Assembly (NCBI GenBank): GCA_030390025.1
Contig: JASTWF010000034.1
Span: 4,526,001 to 4,590,000 of the forward strand
From: Squalus acanthias
Taxonomy: Eukaryota
Reading direction: 5' to 3'
Length of the DNA stretch: 64,000 nucleotides
Position 1 is the first letter of the stretch; each line of letters begins with the position of its first letter. Shown in pieces: positions 49,042 through 62,770 of the stretch. The notes beneath the pieces were generated by a model. It was not told the origin of the DNA. It saw nothing but the letters and a program-made list of their open reading frames with translations, and searched no databases. The translations under genes were made by a program, and so were the position numbers.

Positions 49042-50816
49042 TACATAGATACATAGATACATAGAAGATAGGAGCAGGAGTAGGCCATCCGGCCCTTCGA
49101 GCCTGCTCCGCCATTTAATGAGATCATGGCTGATCCTCCAATTCAGTATCCCGTCCCCGCCTTCTCTCCGTAACCCTTAACCCCTTTTGCCTGTAGAAAT
49201 ACATCTAATTCCCTCTTAAATATATTTAATGAGCTGGCGTACACTGCCCTCTGTGGCAATGAGTTCCACAGGTTCACCACCCTCTGAGTGAAGAAATTCC
49301 CCCTCATTTCTGTCCTAAATGGTTTAGCCCTTATCCTTAAATTATGTCCTCTAGTTCTGTTCTCACCCGCCAAGGGAAACATTCCTTCTGCATCTAGTCT
49401 GTCTAGACCTTTCAGAATTTTATACACTTCTATGAGGTCCCCTCTCAATCTTCTAAACTCCAGTGTGTACATCCCTAAACTACATAGTCTCTCCTCATAG
49501 GTCAATCCCGCCATTCCTGGTATCAGCCTGGTGAATCGCCGCTGCACCCCCTCCATGGCAAGAACATCTTTCCTCAGATGAGGCGACCAAAACTGTACAC
49601 AGTACTCGAGGTGTGGTCTCACCAGTGCCCTGTACAGCTGCAGCAAGGTATCCCTGTTCCTGTATTCCAACCCTTTTGCTATGAAGGCCAGCGTACCGTT
49701 TGCCTTCTTGATCGCCTGTTGCACCTGCATGCTCGCCTTCAGTGACTGGTGTACAAGAACACCCAGGTCTCTCTGTACTTCCCCCTCTCCCAATTTATTG
49801 CCATTTAAATAATAATTTGCCCTCCCGTTCCTGCACCCAAGGTGGATAACTTCGCACTTGTCCACATTATAGTGCATCTGCCATTTATCCGCCCAATCAC
49901 CCAGTCTGTCCAAATCGCTCTGGAGCTTCCTGGTCTCCTCCTCTGAGCCCACCCCCCCTCCTAGTTTAGTGTCGTCTGCAAATTTGGAAATGCTGCATCC
50001 GACTCCCTGATCCAGGTCATTAATGTAAATTGTGAACAGCTGGGGACCCAGGACAGATCCCTGTGGTACCCCACTTGTTACTGCCTGCCATTTAGAAAAT
50101 GAGCCGTTTATTCCAACTCTCTGTTTTCTATCTGACAGCCAGTTCTCTATCCACGTCAATACTTTCCCCTTTATCCCATGAGCTTCAATTTTCCCTGCTA
50201 ATCTTTTATGTGGGACCTTATCGAAGGCCTTTTGGAAGTCCAGGTACACCACATCTACTGGCTCTCCCCCATCTATTTTACCAGTTACTCCCTCAAAAAA
50301 TTCCAATAGATTAGTCAAGCACGATTTACCCTTTGTAAATCCATGTTGACTCTGTCCTATCCTGTCCCCATTTGCTAAGTGCTCCGCTATTTCATCCTTA
50401 ATGATGGACTCCAGCATTTTGCCCACAACTGATGTAAGGCTTACAGGTCTGTAATTACCTGCTTTTTCCCTACCCCCCTTTTTGAATAGTGGGGTAACGT
50501 TAGCTACCCTCCAATCCATGGGCACTGTTCCCGAGTCTAATGAATTCTGAAAAATCATACTTAGTGCATCCGCTATCTCTAGGGCCACCTCCTTCAGCAC
50601 CCTAGGATGCATGGTATCAGGCCCTGGGGATTTGTCCGCCTTCAATCCCTTTCGCTTCCTTAACACCATATCCTTAGAGATATTGACTTGCGTCAGTTCC
50701 TCCTTTGCAAATGTCCCTATTTTTCCCGATATCCCAGGGAGGTTTTTTGTGTCTTCCTTCGTAAAGACTGACCCAAAGTATGCATTTAGTTGGTCTGCCA
50801 TTTCCTTATTTCCCGT
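49042..50816 (-). mobile_element. Young 5'-truncated CR1 with an open RT frame (49143..50801) and a (TCTATGTA)n tail
   Basis: Motifs SPGPD, NYRPVSLTS, DFQKAFDKV, SGVPQGS and FADD. It is inserted into the 30-bp satellite. Confidence 0.95.
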
Positions 50817-51580
50817 GGGGTATACAGTGTTACCGTGAGGGGTGTGCCGTATAAAAGTGTTACAGTGAGGGGTGTGGGGTATATCAGTGTGTTAAAGTGA
50901 GGGGTGTGGGGTATATCAGTGTTACAGTGAGGTGTGTGGGGTATCTCAGTGTTACAGTGAGGGGTGTGGGGTATATCAGTGTTACAGTGAGGGGTGTGGG
51001 GTATATCAGTGTTACAGTGAGGAGTGTGGGGTATATCAGTGTTACAGTGAGGGGTGTGGGGTGTATCAGTGATACAGTGAGGGGTGTGGGGTATATCAGT
51101 GTTACAGCGAGGGGTGTGGGGTGTATCAGTCTGACAGTGAGGGGTGTGGGGTGCATCAGTGTTACAGTGAGTGGTGTGGGTTATATCAATGTTACAGTGA
51201 GGTGTGTGGGTTATAACAGTGTTACATTGAGTGGTGTGGGGTATATCAGTGTTACAGTGAGGGGTGTGGGGTATATCCGTGTTACAGTGAGCTGTGTTGG
51301 GGATATCTGTGTTACAGTGAGGGGTGTGGGGTTTATCAGTGTGTTGCAGTGAGGGGTGTGGGGTATATCAGTGTTACAGTGAGGGGTGTGGGGTATATCA
51401 GTGTTACAGTGAGGGGTGTGGGGTATATCTGTGTTACAGTGAGGGGTGTGGGGTATATCAGTGTTACAGTGTGGGGTGTGGGGTATATCAGTGTTACAGT
51501 GAGGGGTGTGGAGTATATCAGTGTTACAGTGAGGGGTGTGGGGTATATCAGTGTTACAGTGAGGGGTGTGGAGTATATCA
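50817..51580. repeat. Homogeneous 30-bp satellite (GTGAGGGGTGTGGGGTATATCAGTGTTACA)
   Basis: Tandem units; the same array begins at ~48995 before the CR1 insertion. Confidence 0.95.
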
Positions 51581-51690
51581 AAAGGGAATTGGATAAGTGG
51601 GACTTGCTGAAGTGCTCTTGCAGAGAGCCGGCACGGGCTCGATGGCCGTAATGCCTCTTTCTGTGCTGTAACCATTCTATGATTCTATAG
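51581..51690 (+). mobile_element. CR1 3' end with a (TTCTATGA) tail
   Basis: Homologous to 6490-6645. Confidence 0.75.
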
Positions 51691-51699
51691 AGCCAGAGA

Positions 51700-52600
51700 T
51701 GTACAACAATAACTTGTATTTAAATAGAACCTTTAACGTAGTAAAACGTTCCAAGGCGCTTCACAGGAGTATTTTAAGACAAACAATTTTGACACCGAGC
51801 CACAGAAGGATAAATTCGGACATGTGACCAAAGCTTGGTCAAAGTGGTAGGTTTTAATGAGCGTCTTCAACGTGGAAAGAGAGGTAGCGAGGCGGAGAGG
51901 TTTAGGCTGGGAATTCCAGACATTAGGACCAGGCAACAGAAGGCACGGCCACCAAATGTTGAGCGATTATAATCAGGGATGCTCAAGAGGGCAGAATTAG
52001 AGGAGCGCAGATATCTCGGGGGGTTGTGGGGCTGAAGGAGATAAGAGATAGGAAGGGGCGAGGCCATGGAGGGATTTGAAAACCAGGATGAGAATTTTGA
52101 AATCGAGGTGCTGCTTAACCGGGAGCCAGTGTAGGTCAGCGAGCACAGGGGAGATGGGTGAACGGGACTTGGTGCGAGTTAGGACACGGGCAGCCGAGTT
52201 TTGGATGACCTCAAGTTGACATATATATTTCTGCAGGCAAAAGGGGTTAAGGGTTACGGAGAGAAGGCGGGGACGGGATACTGAATTGGAGGATCAGCCA
52301 TGATCTCATTAAATGGCGGAGCAGGCTCGAAGGGCCGGATGGCCTACTCCTGCTCCTATCTTCTATGTATCTATGTATCTATGACATAGGGTGGAATGTG
52401 GGAGGCCAGACAGGAGTGCGTTGAAATAGTCAAGGCTAGAAGTAACAGGTCGTGTGGTAGGGCTGGGTGTCTTCAGCGTACATGTGGAAACCGACTGTGT
52501 TTTTGGATGATGTCACCAAGGGGCAGCATGTAGATGAGAAATAGAGGGTGTCAAGGAGAGATCCTTGGGAGACAACAGAGGTAACGATGTGGGAGCAGGA
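51700..52600 (-). mobile_element. L2-like LINE 3' fragment interrupted by a short CR1
   Basis: Minus-strand peptides SQGSLL...FHMYAEDTQ, YLRSSNSALL..P...STFGGRAF, VWNSQP and LKTLIKTYHF. Confidence 0.75.
52224..52381 (+). mobile_element. 158-bp 3' end of the young CR1 family with a 7-bp TSD
   Basis: Nearly identical to the 3' ends at 49042 and 54823. TSD TGACATA at 52217-52223 and 52382-52388. Confidence 0.88.
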
Positions 52601-53559
52601 ATAGAGGCGAACTGATATTCTGATTCTTTCCGCACAGTATGATCCCAGCCCCTGACGCATCCCTCACTCTGGGGAGAGAGAGAGAGAGAGAGGCAGAGAC
52701 AGTGAGGGAGCAGATACGTAGAGAGGGCAATAAATACTGGGGTAGAGTTTGAAGTTTAGTAGGTGCTATAGTACAAACTGGGTAATTGTGAAGCAGCCAC
52801 CCATTTTACACCGATGGAAATAAAACTCGGGAGAGATGTAGGGCAGGATCCCGGTTCATTCCCGGAGACGGGGCTGATTGTACACCCTGTGTTCATGCCC
52901 AGTGAGACTGCACAACAGGAGCAGAGCCTGGTCAATGTGACCCTGTGACACCTCGAGTGGGAGGGGCTCTGGCCGCTTTGTGACATCGTTCCTGGTTGCT
53001 GTGTGTTGTCACCTGGAGACAGGGCCCCGCCCCTGGTTGCAGCCCATCAGTGGGATGTCAGTGTGGGAGGAGCTGGAGTGACAGCTGACACTGGGGGTGA
53101 GTTTAGTCCCAATAAACAGGGCTTAGGACAGAAAAGAACTGTTCAATATTAAAGTAAGTAAGCAATATTAAACTGATTAATTGCAGAAATAACCACATTG
53201 AATATAATTATGGTCACAAAAATGCTCCCCCTGTATTCTGGGATTAATATGAATCATTTTTCTATTGACAGTCTCTGGGAGTGAGCAATAATTCAGGAAG
53301 GTGGAGAAAGAGAAGTCGAATCTACGCCACACTGACTGGGACTGGAGAAATGTCGCTGGGTTAACAGAGCAGATCTGGTGGGATCGAGAGCCCCAGTGTC
53401 GGAGACGGGATAAAACGGGAAGCTTCAACAATGATTGGAAAGGTGAGGAACTTTACTGAGAATCCCATCAGTCCAGGATTTTGCTGAGGTGAGAGTCCAA
53501 CCAGATACTGGGAGCTGTTCAACATCTGCCATCAGGCTCGGCCTTTGATGTGGCAAGTT

Positions 53560-54040
53560 GAGCGGAGCTTAACTCGGACATAAACCTTGCCCGTACCTCA
53601 CCCGGGAGTGTTTCACACTTGCATGTAGTGAGATCTTTATTCTGTATTCACCCCATGCTGTACCCGAGCTGGTTGTGCTTCATTGGGTAGTGTCAAGGGA
53701 GCTGTACGCTGCACATGCTGTATTAGACGGTATTTTGCATGTCACCCGCGCTGTACCTGCTCTGCACGTGTTTGAGTGGACAGTGTAAAGGGAGCTTTAC
53801 TCTGTATCTCTCCATCTAACCGGTGCTGTACCTGCCCTTGGACTATTTGATTGGGCAGTGTAAAGGGAGGTTTACTCTGTATCTCTCTATCTAACCGGTG
53901 CTGTACCTGCCCTTGGACTGTTTGATTGGACAGTGTAAAGGGAGCTTTACTCTGTATCTCTCGATCTAACCGATGCTATACCTGCCCTTGGACTACTTGA
54001 TTGGGCAGTGTAAAGGGATCTTTACTCTGTGTATAACTCA
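53560..54040. repeat. 67-bp satellite family, degenerate block
   Basis: Units gggagctttactctgtatct...gctgtacctgccc...tttgattggacagtgt. Confidence 0.85.
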
Positions 54041-54139
54041 TGCTGCATGCAGAAAAATAGTGGCAAATGGAATTCAATGCGGAGAAGTGTGAGGTAATGC
54101 ATTTGGGGAGGGCTAACAAGTCAACGGATCCTACACTGA

Positions 54140-54822
54140 GGAACATAGGAAGAGGAGTCGGCCATTCAGCCCCTCGAGCCTGTTGCCCCATTCAATGCGA
54201 TCATTGACTGATCTGCTATCTTACTCCATAAACACACCTTTGGCCCATATCCCTTCATACCTTTGTTTAACAAAAAACAATAAATCTCCGATTTACAATT
54301 AACAATTTATCTAGCTTCCACTTCCGTTTGTGGAAGAGAGTTCCAAATTTCTACCACTTTGTGTGTCGAAGTGTTTCCTAATTTCACTGCTGAAAGGACT
54401 GCCTCTAATTCTTAGACTGTGCCTCCAGTCTTAGTATCCCCACCAATGGAAATAGTTTCTCGCTATCTATTCCATCTGTTCCCCTTAATATCCTGAAAAC
54501 TTCGCTCAGGTCACCCCTTAACCTTCTACATTCTAGGGAATAGAACCCTAATTTGTGTAATCTCTCCTCGTAACTTAACCCTTGAAGTCTGGGTATTATT
54601 CTGGTAAACCTGCGCTGCACTCCCTCCAAGGCCAATATATCCTTCCTAAGGAGTGGTGCCCAGAACTGCTCACAGTACTCCAGGTGTGGTCTAACCAGGG
54701 TTTTGTATAGCTGCAGAATAACTTCTACCCCCTTGTAATCTAGTCCTTTAGATATAAAGACCAGCTTTCCATTAGCCTTTTTGATTATTTTCTGTACCTG
54801 TCCATGACATTTTAATGATCTA
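54140..54822 (-). mobile_element. Older CR1 3' fragment
   Basis: ORF 54405..54851 (QLYKTLVRPHLEYC...) plus a 3'UTR; a short plus-strand CR1 piece lies at 54045-54120. Confidence 0.85.
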
Positions 54823-57755
54823 TACATAGATACATCGATACATAGATACATAGAAGATAGGAGCAGGAGTAGGCCATCCGGCCCTTCGAGCCTGCTCCGC
54901 CATTTAATGAGATCATGGCTGATCCTCCAATTCAGTATCCCGTCCCCGCCTTCTCTCCGTAACCCTTAACCCCTTTTGCCTGTAGAAATATATCTAATTC
55001 CCTCTTAAATATATTTAATGAGCTGGCGTACACTGCCCTCTGTGGCAATGAGGTCCACAGGTTCACCACCCTCTGAGTGAAGAAATTCCCCCTCATTTCT
55101 GTCCTAAATGGTTTAGCCCTTATCCTTAAATTATGTCCTCTAGTTCTGTTCTCACCCGCCAAGGGAAACATTCCTTCTGCGTCTAGTCTGTCTAGACCTG
55201 ACAGAATTTTATGCACTTCTATGAGGTCCCCTCTCAATCTTCTAAACTCCAGTGTGTACATCCCTAAACTACATAGTCTCTCCTCATAGGTCAATCCCGC
55301 CATTCCTGGTATCAGCCTGGTGAATCGCCGCTGCACCCCCTCCATGGCAAGAACATCTTTCCTCAGATGAGGCGACCAAAACTGTACACAGTACTCGAGG
55401 TGTGGTCTCACCAGTGCCCTGTACAGCTGCAGCAAGGTATCCCTGTTCCTGTATTCCAACCCTTTTGCTATGAAGGCCAGCATACCGTTTGCCTTCTTGA
55501 CCGCCTGTTGCACCTGCATGCTCGCCTTCAGTGACTGGTTTACAAGAACACCCAGGTCTCTCTGTACTTCCCCCTCTCCCAATTTATTGCCATTTAAATA
55601 ATAATTTGCCCTCCCGTTCCTGCACCCAAGGTGGATAACTTCGCACTTGTCCACATTATAGTGCATCTGCCATTTATCCGCCCAATCACCCAGTCTGTCC
55701 AAATCTCTCTGGAGCTTCCTGGTCTCCTCCTCTGAGCCCACCCCGCCTCCTAGTTTAGTGTCGTCTGCAAATTTGGAAATGCTGCATCCGACTCCCTGAT
55801 CCAGGTCATTAATGTAAATTGTGAACAGCTGGGGACCCAGGACAGATCCCTGTGGTACCCCACTTGTTACTGCCTGCCATTCAGAAAATGAGCCGTTTAT
55901 TCCAACTCTCTGTTTTCTATCTGACAGCCAGTTCTCTATCCACGTCAATACTTTCCCCTTTATCCCATGAGCTTCAATTTTCCATGCTCATCTTTTATGT
56001 GGGACCTTATCGAAGGCCTTTTGGAAGTCCAGGTACACCACATCTACTGGCTCTCCCCCATCTATTTTACCAGTTACTCCCTCAAAAAATTCCAGTAGAT
56101 TAGTCAAGCACGATTTACCCTTTGTAAATCCATGTTGACTCTGTCCTATCCTGTCCCCATTTGCTAAGTGCTCCACTATTTCATCCTTAATGATGGACTC
56201 CAGCATTTTGCCCACAACTGATGTAAGGCTTACAGGTCTGTAATTACCTGCTTTTTCCCTACCCCCCTTTTTGAATAGTGGGGTAACGTTAGCTACCCTC
56301 CAATCCATGGGCACTGTTCCCGAGTCTAATGAATTGTGAAAAATCATACTTAGTGCATCCGCTATCTCTAGGGCCACCTCCTTCAGTACCCTAGGATGCA
56401 TGTTATCAGGCCCTGGGGATTTGTCCGCCTTCAATCCCTTTAGCTTCCTTAACACCATATCCTTAGAGATATTGATTTGCGTCAGTTCCTCCTTTGCCAA
56501 TGTCCCTATTTTTCCCGATATCCCAGGGAGGCTTTTTGTGCCTTCCTTCGTAAAGACTGACCCAAAGTATGCATTTAGTTGGTCTGCCATTTCCTTATTT
56601 CCCGTTATATATTCCCCCGTATCTGACTGCAATGGACCAACTTTGGTTTTCACCAGTCTTTTCCTCTTGATATACTTATAAAAGCTTTTGGAGTTAGTTT
56701 TTATATTTTCCGCCAGCTTGCTTTCGTAAGCTATTTTGCCCCTCTTGATTAAGCCCTTTGTCCTCCTTTGCTCTATCTTTAACTGTTCCCAATCTTCTGC
56801 TCTGGCGCTTTTTTTGGCTATTTTATACGCCCTATCTTTGGATTTTATGCTGTCTCTAATTTCCCCTGTTATCCACGGTTGAGTCACCTTTTTAGATTTC
56901 CTTTTATGCCAGATTGGTATAAACAATTTTTGCAATTTTGTCATTCTATCTTTAAATGCTTGCCATTGTTTATCTACCTCCAGTCCTCCCAGGAACGTTG
57001 TCCAATCAGACCTACTCAGTTCCCGTCTAATGGCATCATAATTCCCCTTGTTTAAATTCAGGACCTTAGTCTCTGAGTCAATTTCTTCGCTCTCCATTTC
57101 GAGTGAGAAATCGATCATGTTATGATCGCTCTGACCCAAGGGTCCCCGTACAACAAGATTACTAATTAGTCCCTTCTCATTGCACAGTACCCAGTCCAAT
57201 ATAGCCTGTTCCCGAGTTGGTTCCTCGACATATTGATCCAGATAACCATCCCTTAAACACTCAAGGAATTCCTCCTCCTCATTATTTTTACTGATTAGGC
57301 TAGTCCAATCTATATGTAAGTTAAAGACACCTATGATGACAGCTGTGCTCTTATTGCAAGCTTCTCTAATTTCCCTCGTGATGCCCTCCCCAACCTCTAT
57401 TTTACTATTTGGAGGCCTGTATACCACTCCTATTAATGTTTTTCGCCCCTCGTTATTTCTTAGCTCCACCCATATAGATTCTGTATTAACTAAGTTAATA
57501 TCCTTCCTTTCAATTGCATTTATCCCCTCTTTTACCAGCAATGCTACCCCTCCTCCCTTTCTTTTTTGTCGATCCTTCCTAAATACTGAATACCCCTATA
57601 TGTTAAGCTCCCAGCCCTGCTCACCCTGCAACCATGTTTCCGTAATCCCAATTAGATCATAATTATTAACCTCTATTTCCACAGCTAATTCATCTACCTT
57701 GTTCCTGATGCTTCTCGCATTAAGGTATAAAACCCTCAGGCTTTTTTTATGCTCA
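54823..57755 (-). mobile_element. Young CR1 with an almost complete ORF2 (APE+RT) and two in-frame stops
   Basis: ORFs 57596..57787, 55988..57541 and 54932..55948 share one frame, separated by TAG (57596-57598) and TGA (55988-55990). Motifs YLNARSI, ITETWL, YRPP, SDHN and FADD. Confidence 0.93.
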
Positions 57756-58938
57756 CATCCTATAGTGTGGTGACCAGAACTGCACACAGTATTCCAGCTG
57801 TGGCCTAACCAGCGTTTTGTACAGCTCCATCATAACCTCCCTGCTCTTATATTCTATGCCTCGGCTAATGAAGGCAAGTATCCAATATGCCTTTTTAACC
57901 ACCTTATCTACCTGTCCTGCTGTCTTCAGGGATCTATGTACATGCACGCCAAGGGTCCGCTGTCCTTCCGAGGGTCCTACCGTTCATTGTGTATTCCCTT
58001 GCCTTGTTTGTCCTCCCAAAATGCATCACCTCACACTTTTCAGGGTTAAATTCCATTTGCCACTGTTCTGCCCATCTAACCATCCCGCCAATATCTTCCT
58101 GTCGTCTGAGGCTTCCCTTCTCGCTATTTACCACTCCACCAATTTTCGTGTCATCTGCGAACTTACATTCATATCTATATCATTAATGTACACTACAAAC
58201 AGCAAAGGACCCAGCACCAATCCCTGCAGTACACCACTGGACACTGGCTTCCATTCACAAAAACAACCTTCGACCATCACCATCTGCCTCCTGCCACTAA
58301 GCCAATTTTGAATCCAATCTTCCAAATTGCCCTGGATCCCATGGCCTCTTACCTTCTTGACCAGTCTCCCATGTGGGACTTTATCAAAAGCCTTACTGAA
58401 GACCATGTAGACGACATCAACTGCACTATCCTCATCCACACACCCAGTCACCCCCTCAAAAAATTCAATCAAATTGGTTGGATATGATCTCCCCCTGACA
58501 AAGCCATGCTGACTATCCCTGATTAATCCTTGCCTCTCCAAGTGGAGACTAATTCTGACCCTCAGAATTTTTTCCAATAATTTCCCTATCACTGATGTGA
58601 GGCTCACTGGCCTGTAATTCCCTGGTTTATCCCTACTACCCTTCTTGAACAATGGTACTACGTTAGCTGTTCTCCAGTCCTCTGGCACCTCCCCTGTGGT
58701 CAGAGAGGTTCTGAAAATTTGTGTCCGAGCCACTGCAGTCTCCTCCCTTGCCTCACACAGCAGCCTGGGATACATCCCGTCAGGGCCTGGGGATTTATCC
58801 ACTTTTAAACCCGCTAAAACCGCTAGTACCGCCTCCTTCTCAATACTAATTTGTTCAAGTATTTCACAATACCCCTGCCTGATTTCTATGCCTCCATCGT
58901 CCTTCTCCATAGTGAACACAGATGCAAAATATTCATTT
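57756..58938 (-). mobile_element. CR1 RT fragment of another subfamily, frameshifted
   Basis: ORFs 58128..58919, 57934..58134 and 57753..57947 are consecutive RT pieces. Confidence 0.88.
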
Positions 58939-61900
58939 CAGAGCTTTGCTCTGGACCAAACATTGTCTGAACCTGCCCTGGGATTATTTGATGGGACAGT
59001 GTAGAGAGTTTTTCTCTGTATCTAACCCGTGCTGTACCTGCCCTGAGAGTGTTTGATGTTACATTGCAGAGGGAAGTTCACTCTGTATCTACCCTGTGCT
59101 TTACCTGCCCTGGGAGAGTTTGATGGGACAGTGTAAACGGATCTTTAATCTGTATCTAATCCATGCTGCACCTGCTTTGGGAGTGTTTGATGGGCCAGTT
59201 TTGATGCAACTTTACTTTGTGTCTAATTCGTGTTGTGCCTGTCTTGGAAGGGTTTGATGGGACACTGTAGAGGCAGCTTTAGTCTGTATCTAACCCGTGC
59301 TGTACCTGCCCTGGGGGTGTTTGATGGGACAGTGTAGAGGAAGCTTTACTCTGTATCTAACACATGCTGTACCTGTCCTGGGAGTGTTAAATTGGACAGT
59401 GTTGATGCAGCTTTACTCTCTCTGCCTAACTCGTGTTCTGCCTGTCCTGGACGGGTTTGATGGGACAGTGTAAAGGGAGTTTTACTCTGTATCTTAATCG
59501 TGCTGTACCTGCCATGGGGGAGTTTGATGGGACATTGTAGAGGGAGCTTTACTCTGTATCTAACCCATGCTGTACCAACCCTGGGGGTGTTTGATGGGAC
59601 AGTTTAGAGGGTGCTTTACTCTGTTTCTGACACATGCTGTACCTGCCCTGGGAGTGTTAAATTGGACAGTGTTGATGCAGCTTTACTCTCTCTGCCTAAC
59701 TCGTGTTCTGCCTGTCCTGGACGTGTTTGATCGGACAGTGTAAAGGGAGTTTTACTCTGTATCTTAATCGTGCTGTACCTGCCATGGGGGAGTTTGATGG
59801 GACATTGTAGAGGGAGCTTTACTCTGTATCTAACCCCTGCTCTAACTGCACTGGGAGTGTTTGATGGGACATTTTAGAGGGAGCTTAACTCTGTATCTAA
59901 CCCATGCTGTTCCTGCCCTGGGCGAGTTTGATGAGACAGTTCAGAGGGAGCTTTACTCTGTATCTACACATGCTGTACCTACCCTGGGAGTGTTTGATGG
60001 GACAGTGTCGTGAGAGCTTTACTCTTTACCAATCATTGTTTGAACCTGCCCTGGGAGTGTTGGATGTGACAATGTAGAGGGAGATTTACTCTGTATCTAA
60101 CCAGTGCTGTACCTGCCCTGGACGGGTTTGATGGGACAGTGTAGAGGGAGCTCTAAACTGTATCAAACATGGTCTGAACCTGCCAGGGGAGTGTTTGATG
60201 GGACAATGCAGAGATGCACTTTACATTATATCTAACCTGTGCTGTACCTGCCCTGTGAGAGTTTAATGGGACAGTGTAGAGGGAACTTTACTCTGTGTGA
60301 AACATATTCTGAACCTCCTGTGGGAGTGTTTGATGAGACAGTGTAGAGTGAGATTTACTCTGTGTCTAACCTGTGCTGAAAATGCCCTGTGTGGGTTTGA
60401 TGGGACATTGAAGAGGGCGCTTCACTCTGTAGCTAAATCGTGTTGTGCCTGTCCTGGGAGAGTTTGAGGGGAAAGTCTAGAATCAGCTTTACCAGTATCA
60501 AACATGGTCTCAACCTGTCCTGGGAGTGTTTCATGGGACAGTGAAGAGGGAACTTTACTCTGCATCTAACCCGTGTTATACGTGTCCTGGGAGCGATTTG
60601 ATGGAATAGTGTAGAGGGAGATTTACTCTGTATCTAACCCGTGCTGTACCTGCACTGGGAGTGTTTGATGGGACAGTGTAAAGGGAGCTTTACTCTGTAT
60701 CTAAATGGTGCTGTACCTGCCCTGGCAGTGTTTGATTTGACAGTGTAGAGGGATCTTTGCTCTGTATCTAACCCGTGTTGTGCCTGTCCTGGACAGGTTT
60801 GATGGAACAGTGTAGAGGAAGCTTTACTCTGTATCAAACGGTATGTCGGCGTTCATTGCAAGAGGATTTGAGTACAGGAGCAAGAATGTCTTACTGCAGT
60901 TATACAGGGCCTTGGTGAGACCACACCTGGTGTACTGTGTGCTGTTTTGGTCTCCCTACCTAAGAAAGGATATATTTGCCACAGATGGAGTGCAGCGAAG
61001 GTTCACCAGACTGATTCCTGGGATGACAGGACTGACGTTTTAGGAGAGGTTGGGTCGACTAGGCCTGTATTCACTAGAGATTAGAAGAAGGAATGGGCAT
61101 CTGATTGAAAGGTATAAAATTCTGACAGTGCTAGACAGACTGGATGCAGGGAGGATGTTTCCCCTGGCTGGGGTGTCTAGAACGAGGGGTCACAGTCTCA
61201 GGATACGGGGTAGGTAATTTAGGACTGAGATGAGGAGAAATATCTTCACTCAGAGGGTGGTGAACCTGTGGAATTCTCTACCACAGAGGCTGTGGTGTCC
61301 AGATCACTGAATATATTTAAGAAGGAGATAGATAGATTTCTAGACACAAAAGGCATCAAGGGGTATGGGGAGAGACCGGGAATTTGGTACTGTGATAGAG
61401 GAGCAGCCATGATCATGTTGAATGGCGGAGCAGGCTCGAATGGCCGACTCCTGCTCCTATTTTTCTATGTATCAAACATGGACTGAACCTGCCCTGAGGT
61501 CCTTTTATGGGACAGTGTAGAGGGAGCTTTACTCTGTATCTAACCCGTGCTGCACCTGCCCTGGGAGTGTATGGCGGGACAGTTTAGAGGGAACTTTACT
61601 CTCTGTCAAACATGTTCTGAACATGCTCTGGGAGTGTTTGATGGGACAGTGTAGAGTGAGAATTAATTTGTATCGAACCTGTGCTGAAACTGCCCTGGGT
61701 GTGTTTGATGGGACAGTGTAGAGGGAGCTTTATGCTGTGTCTAACTCGTGGTCTGCCTGTCCTGGACGGGTTGGACGGGACAGTGTAGGGGGAGCTCTAC
61801 CCTGTATCAAACATGGTCTGAACTAGCCATGGGAATGTTTGATGGGCCAGTGTAGAGGGAGCTTTACTCTGTATCTAACCAGTGCTGTACCTGCCCTGGA

Positions 61901-62150
61901 AGTGTTTGATGGGACAGTGTAGAGGGAGCTTTACTCTGTATCTAACCTGTGCTGTACCTGCCCTGAGAGAGTTTGTTGGGCCAGTGTAGAGGGACCTTTA
62001 CTCTCTATCTAACCTTTGCTGAAACTGCCCTGGGAGTGTTTGATGGGACAGTGCTGAGGGAGATTTACACTGTGTCTAAGTCGTGTTGTGCCTGTCCTGG
62101 GAGAGTTTGATGGGGCAGAGTTGGGGTAGATTTACTCTGCCTCTGACCTA
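58939..62150. repeat. 67-bp satellite (GTAGAGGGAGCTTTACTCTGTATCTAACCCGTGCTGTACCTGCCCTGGGAGTGTTTGATGGGACAGT)
   Basis: Tandem diverged units, interrupted at 60840-61467. Confidence 0.93.
60840..61467 (+). mobile_element. CR1 3' fragment with a 10-bp TSD inserted in the satellite
   Basis: TGTATCAAAC at 60830-60839 and 61468-61477; peptide QLYRALVRPHL. Confidence 0.88.
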
Positions 62151-62159
62151 TTCTGCCCA

Positions 62160-62770
62160 ATTGGTTTGTGCCGGTGTTTATTCCCCACACAAGCCTCCTC
62201 TCAACCCTCTTCATCTAATTCTATTAGCATAACCTTATATTCTTTCCCCCTCATGTGTTTATCGAGCTTCTCCTTAAATGCATCTGTACTATCCGCCTCC
62301 ACTACTCCCTGTGGTAGCGAGTTCCACATTCTCACCTCTCTTTGGGTGAAGAATTTCTCCTGAATTCTCCATTGGATTTATTAGTGACTATCTTATATTG
62401 ATGATCTCCAGTTTTGGGCTCCCACAAGTGGAAACATTTTCTCCACGACCACCCTTTATAACCTTCTCATAATCTTAAAGACCTCTATCTGGTCATCCAT
62501 CAGCATTCTCTTTCTTCAAGAGAAAAGAGACCCAGCCTGTTCAGCGTTTCCTGATAAGTATATCCTCTCAGTTCTAGGATCATCCTTACAAATCTCCTTC
62601 TCCAGTGCCTCTATATTAAGAACATAAGAAATACGAGCAGGTTTAAGCCATTGGGCCCCTCGTAATAATATGGAGACCAGAGCTTTTCACAGTACTCCAA
62701 GTATGATCTAACCCAGGGTCAGTACAAGTTTAACATAACCTCCCTGCTTTGCAATTCTATCCCTCTGGAA
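62160..62770 (-). mobile_element. Degenerate CR1 3' fragment
   Basis: Similar to the other minus-strand CR1 ends (gagttccacattctcacc, cacagtactccaag). Confidence 0.75.

Noticed and set aside
27745..49062. Many long Cys/Trp-rich ORFs (SCWFSGPV)n, including the 575-aa ORF 47335..49062
   Set aside because: They arise because the 24-bp monomer is a multiple of 3 and lacks stops in some frames. Frame-breaking variants and stops are scattered through the array, and there is no unique coding flank.
50884..51675. (VTVRGVGYIS)n and (HTPHCNTDIP)n repeat proteins
   Set aside because: Translation of the 30-bp satellite.
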